59,688 nucleotides of DNA from Gemmatimonadota bacterium (GTDB taxonomy: Bacteria; Gemmatimonadota; Gemmatimonadetes; Palauibacterales; Palauibacteraceae): positions 1 to 59,688 of the forward strand of contig JBDHIM010000004.1 in NCBI GenBank assembly GCA_039587445.1. The letters are read 5' to 3'. The notes beneath the pieces were generated by a model that ran no database searches, was not told the origin of the DNA, and saw nothing but the letters and a program-made list of their open reading frames with translations. Made by a program: the position numbers and the translations under genes. Shown one piece after another: positions 56,942 through 59,688 of this stretch (the stretch's first letter is position 1; each line of letters starts with the position of its first letter).

Positions 56942-57787
56942 CTATTCCGTGGGCGAAGAGGATTCGCCGATGGAGGAGAACGCCCGTTGCGCGAGCGCCG
57001 TCAACGTCTGAGGAGGCAGGTCTCCGACCAGGGCGTGCTCGAAGACGGCGTCCCGCCAGCTGACGATGCTGATCCCCCGCTCCGACGACGAGCGAAACTC
57101 AGGCTCCCCGACGACCGGCGCTTCGCGCGTCGGTACGCGGTAATGGGCAATCGTGTGCTCGCCGATGGCGTATTCGACCATCGCCGCCTGCCGGTCCTCC
57201 AGCAGGCACACCATCGCGCGCGTCACCCGGCCCTCAACCAGCGTGACGGGGCGTACGCCGACGCCCATCTCCTGCAGGAAGAAGCGCGAGACCGCGGCCG
57301 GGTCCGGCGAATGGATGGCGTGGTCCTGGACGGCCCGGTTCAAGTAGTCCTGCGCGTAGGCCTCCCGGATATCACCAGGGGCGCTCGTGCGAACGATCGC
57401 CCCGGCTGCCAGAAGAACGAGGACGGCGGCAGCGACCGCCGTGCCCTCTCGGCGAACGCGCGCGGGAAGGCGCGTCAGTCGAAGAACATCGCCCGCTTCC
57501 AGCGGCTCGTGCCGCGATCCCGTTCCGCTCCCCGCCGCTTCGAGTCTCGCCTCGCGAGCGATCGCTTCGCGGATTTTCTTGCGCAGGCTCTCAGGCGCAC
57601 GCGCTCCCGTTCCATAGGTGGACACGGCGCGGACCAATGCCGCGTCCCGGGCGAAGAACTCGCGGCATTCGGCGCAGTGGCCCAGGTGCATGCGAGCCGC
57701 TTCATCCTCCTCCGAGTACGCTCTCGGCTGTTCCAGGGGCCAAAGCGTCTCTCGCACCGCCTCGCAGTTCAGGGCGTCGCGATACAC
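56942..57787 (-). CDS. Zinc-finger anti-sigma factor-like membrane protein
   Basis: N-terminal Cys and HLGHCAEC (HxxxCxxC), single TM segment, extracytoplasmic C-terminal domain. Confidence 0.72.
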   Translation of the reverse strand: MYRDALNCEAVRETLWPLEQPRAYSEEDEAARMHLGHCAECREFFARDAALVRAVSTYGTGARAPESLRKKIREAIAREARLEAAGSGTGSRHEPLEAGDVLRLTRLPARVRREGTAVAAAVLVLLAAGAIVRTSAPGDIREAYAQDYLNRAVQDHAIHSPDPAAVSRFFLQEMGVGVRPVTLVEGRVTRAMVCLLEDRQAAMVEYAIGEHTIAHYRVPTREAPVVGEPEFRSSSERGISIVSWRDAVFEHALVGDLPPQTLTALAQRAFSSIGESSSPTE

Positions 57788-57897
57788 AGCGCCCCTCCCC
57801 TGTAGTACGATGGCAACTTACTATAACACAATGACATAGACCTGTTCTGTCGATTCTCTCTCACCCGGTAGCTTCGATTTCCAACTCAATAACGCAG

Positions 57898-57915
57898 GAA
57901 CCGCCTTCGCGGTTC
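57898..57915. terminator. Short hairpin just after the SLC13 gene stop
   Basis: GAACCGC-CTTC-GCGGTTC. Confidence 0.4.
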
Positions 57916-57918
57916 ACA

Positions 57919-59688
57919 TCAGCTGGGCCAGAAGATCGGAACGAGAAGAGTGGTGAGGATTCCGAGGAGGATGGTGAGCGGCGTACCGACCTTGAGGTAA
58001 TCGGTAAAGCGGTATCCGCCCGGTCCGTAGATGAGGACGTTGGTCTGGTAGCCCATCGGCGTCATGAAGGACGCCGACGCGGCGAACATGACCGTGATGA
58101 GCAACGCGTAGGGGTTCATTCCGAGCTGTGCGGCGACGAAAAGGGCGATGGGGGCCACGACCACCGCCGTGGCGACGTTCGACATCACGGCCGTGAGCAG
58201 CGCGGTGATCAGGTAGATGCCGGCGATCACGGCGCCGGGCGCCACCTGGCCGAGGTTCTGGCTGACGGCGGTGACGAGCCATGCGGCCGCTCCGGTCGTC
58301 TCCATCGCGATGCCCAGGGGCAGCAAGCCGGCCAGCAGGAAGACCACCATCCAATCCATCTCCGAGTAGATCTCGTCCAGCCGCACGCAGCGCGTGAAGA
58401 CCATGAGAACGACTCCGATCAATGCGGCAGGCATGATCGCCAGCAGGCCCGTGGTCGCGGCGGCCACGACGCTCAGGAGGATTCCCACCGAAACCAGGGC
58501 CCGAGGTCGATCCCGCACTGGCAGTCCAACCATGCGAAGCGGCACGAAGCCCGGCTCCTCGGCGAGCGCATCCAGGGCCGACACGGGGCCGTGGACCAGC
58601 AGCAGGTCGCCGAAGGCAAGCCGTAGGCTCTCCAGCTTGTCCCGGATCGTGACGCCGTGGCGTTGAATGGCGAGGACCATGGCGCCGTGGCGTTGCTGGA
58701 ACCGGGCCTCACCCAGCGTGTGCTCGGCGAGCGTGCAATGAGGCCCGATCATGACCTCCATGAGCCGGGCATTCTCCGAGATGAAGTCGATGGCGCTCTT
58801 GGCACGACGAGCCGGCGGGTCCAGGCGCTCGCTCCGGGACAGGGTCAGTAGCTGCTGAGGCGTGCCCTGGGCGTAAAGGATATCCCCCTCGACGACGTGT
58901 CGCTCCGAGCCCGGCGCCCACACCGAGCGGTCGCCTCGTCCCAGTCCGAGGATCGAGACGCCGTAGCGCTCTCGCCACTTCAGCTCGCCGAGCGACTTGC
59001 CGATGGCGGCCGAGCCCGACTGGACGGCGAGCTCCGCCAGGAACTGACGGACCTGGTACTTGCCCGAGAGATCGGCCGCTCCCATCCGTCGTGGGATAAT
59101 CCAGCGGCCGATCGTGAACAGGTAGAGCATCCCCGCGGCGAGGCAGACGAGGCCGAGCGGGGCGATCGAGAACATCGTCAACTTGTTCAGGCCGTGGCTC
59201 TCGGCGATGCCGTACACGACGAGGTTGGTGGACGTGCCGACCAGGGTCACGGTTCCACCCAGGATGGCGGCGAAGGAGAGCGGCATGAGATAGCGCGACG
59301 GAGCCTCGCCCTCCTGATAGGCCAGCGAGAGAAACACCGGCAGGAAGACCACGACGACGGCCGTGTTGTTCAGGAACGGCGAGGTCCCGGCGACGACCAG
59401 ACAGAGGATGGCGAGCCGCATCTGGGGAGGGCCGAGAGGCGCGGTGAGCGCCCACCTCGCGATCGCCGCGATCACGCCCGTCTTTACGAGGCCGAGACCG
59501 AGGATCAGCATCGCGGCCACCGTGACCGTCGCCGTGTTGCTGAAACCGGAGACCGCTTCGGCGGGCGAGATGATGCCTCCCACCAGGAGAACCACGGGGA
59601 TAGCCAAGGCGACCTGGTCGATCGGGTAGCGTTCGCTCACGAACAGCGCGAGCGCCACCGCGATAACGACGAAAACGAAGGCGATTTC
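57919..59688 (-). CDS. SLC13/DASS family permease with two TrkA-C domains, 5' end outside window
   Basis: SGFSN, FLNNT, GGTVTLVGTSTN, two RCK-C repeats (GDIL, GDLLLV), MSNVATA, SFMTPMGYQTN. Confidence 0.92.
   Translation of the reverse strand, partial: EIAFVFVVIAVALALFVSERYPIDQVALAIPVVLLVGGIISPAEAVSGFSNTATVTVAAMLILGLGLVKTGVIAAIARWALTAPLGPPQMRLAILCLVVAGTSPFLNNTAVVVVFLPVFLSLAYQEGEAPSRYLMPLSFAAILGGTVTLVGTSTNLVVYGIAESHGLNKLTMFSIAPLGLVCLAAGMLYLFTIGRWIIPRRMGAADLSGKYQVRQFLAELAVQSGSAAIGKSLGELKWRERYGVSILGLGRGDRSVWAPGSERHVVEGDILYAQGTPQQLLTLSRSERLDPPARRAKSAIDFISENARLMEVMIGPHCTLAEHTLGEARFQQRHGAMVLAIQRHGVTIRDKLESLRLAFGDLLLVHGPVSALDALAEEPGFVPLRMVGLPVRDRPRALVSVGILLSVVAAATTGLLAIMPAALIGVVLMVFTRCVRLDEIYSEMDWMVVFLLAGLLPLGIAMETTGAAAWLVTAVSQNLGQVAPGAVIAGIYLITALLTAVMSNVATAVVVAPIALFVAAQLGMNPYALLITVMFAASASFMTPMGYQTNVLIYGPGGYRFTDYLKVGTPLTILLGILTTLLVPIFWPS

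Noticed and set aside
1-59688. Mobile elements, prophage, anti-phage defence or NRPS/PKS cluster
   Set aside because: No integrase, transposase, phage structural, nuclease-defence, condensation, adenylation or ketosynthase motifs were seen; the docking-like domain is the only assembly-line-like element.

Overview
GC-rich (roughly two-thirds G+C by eye), gene-dense bacterial chromosomal segment with about 50 protein-coding genes. I found no rRNA, tRNA, CRISPR array, transposase or phage genes. A SusC/SusD pair in a high-GC background, an ECF sigma/anti-sigma/DUF4097 cassette, DUF5916, DUF885 and BlaI/M56 suggest Gemmatimonadota (inference, not a database result). Content is mostly envelope, stress and metabolic genes. 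Two signals stand out. (1) A split NAD-linked formate dehydrogenase (52221-56931): its catalytic subunit starts with a ~54-aa module resembling the TubC-type beta-hairpin docking domain of NRPS/PKS assembly lines, and the translationally coupled upstream Fe-S subunit ends in a short acidic tail. This could be an assembly-line docking pair reused in a redox enzyme. (2) An OsmC-like gene (34307-34777) with an in-frame UGA at the first catalytic Cys position, followed by a SECIS-like hairpin: a probable selenoprotein. Also noted: three apparent multi-codon deletions (near 5339, 6862 and 49637) that may be assembly artefacts, a candidate ECF promoter motif at up to four sites, a tandem BlaI-type operator over a sigma70 promoter, and a probable CTG start codon. 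All family assignments come from motif recognition, not from searches.
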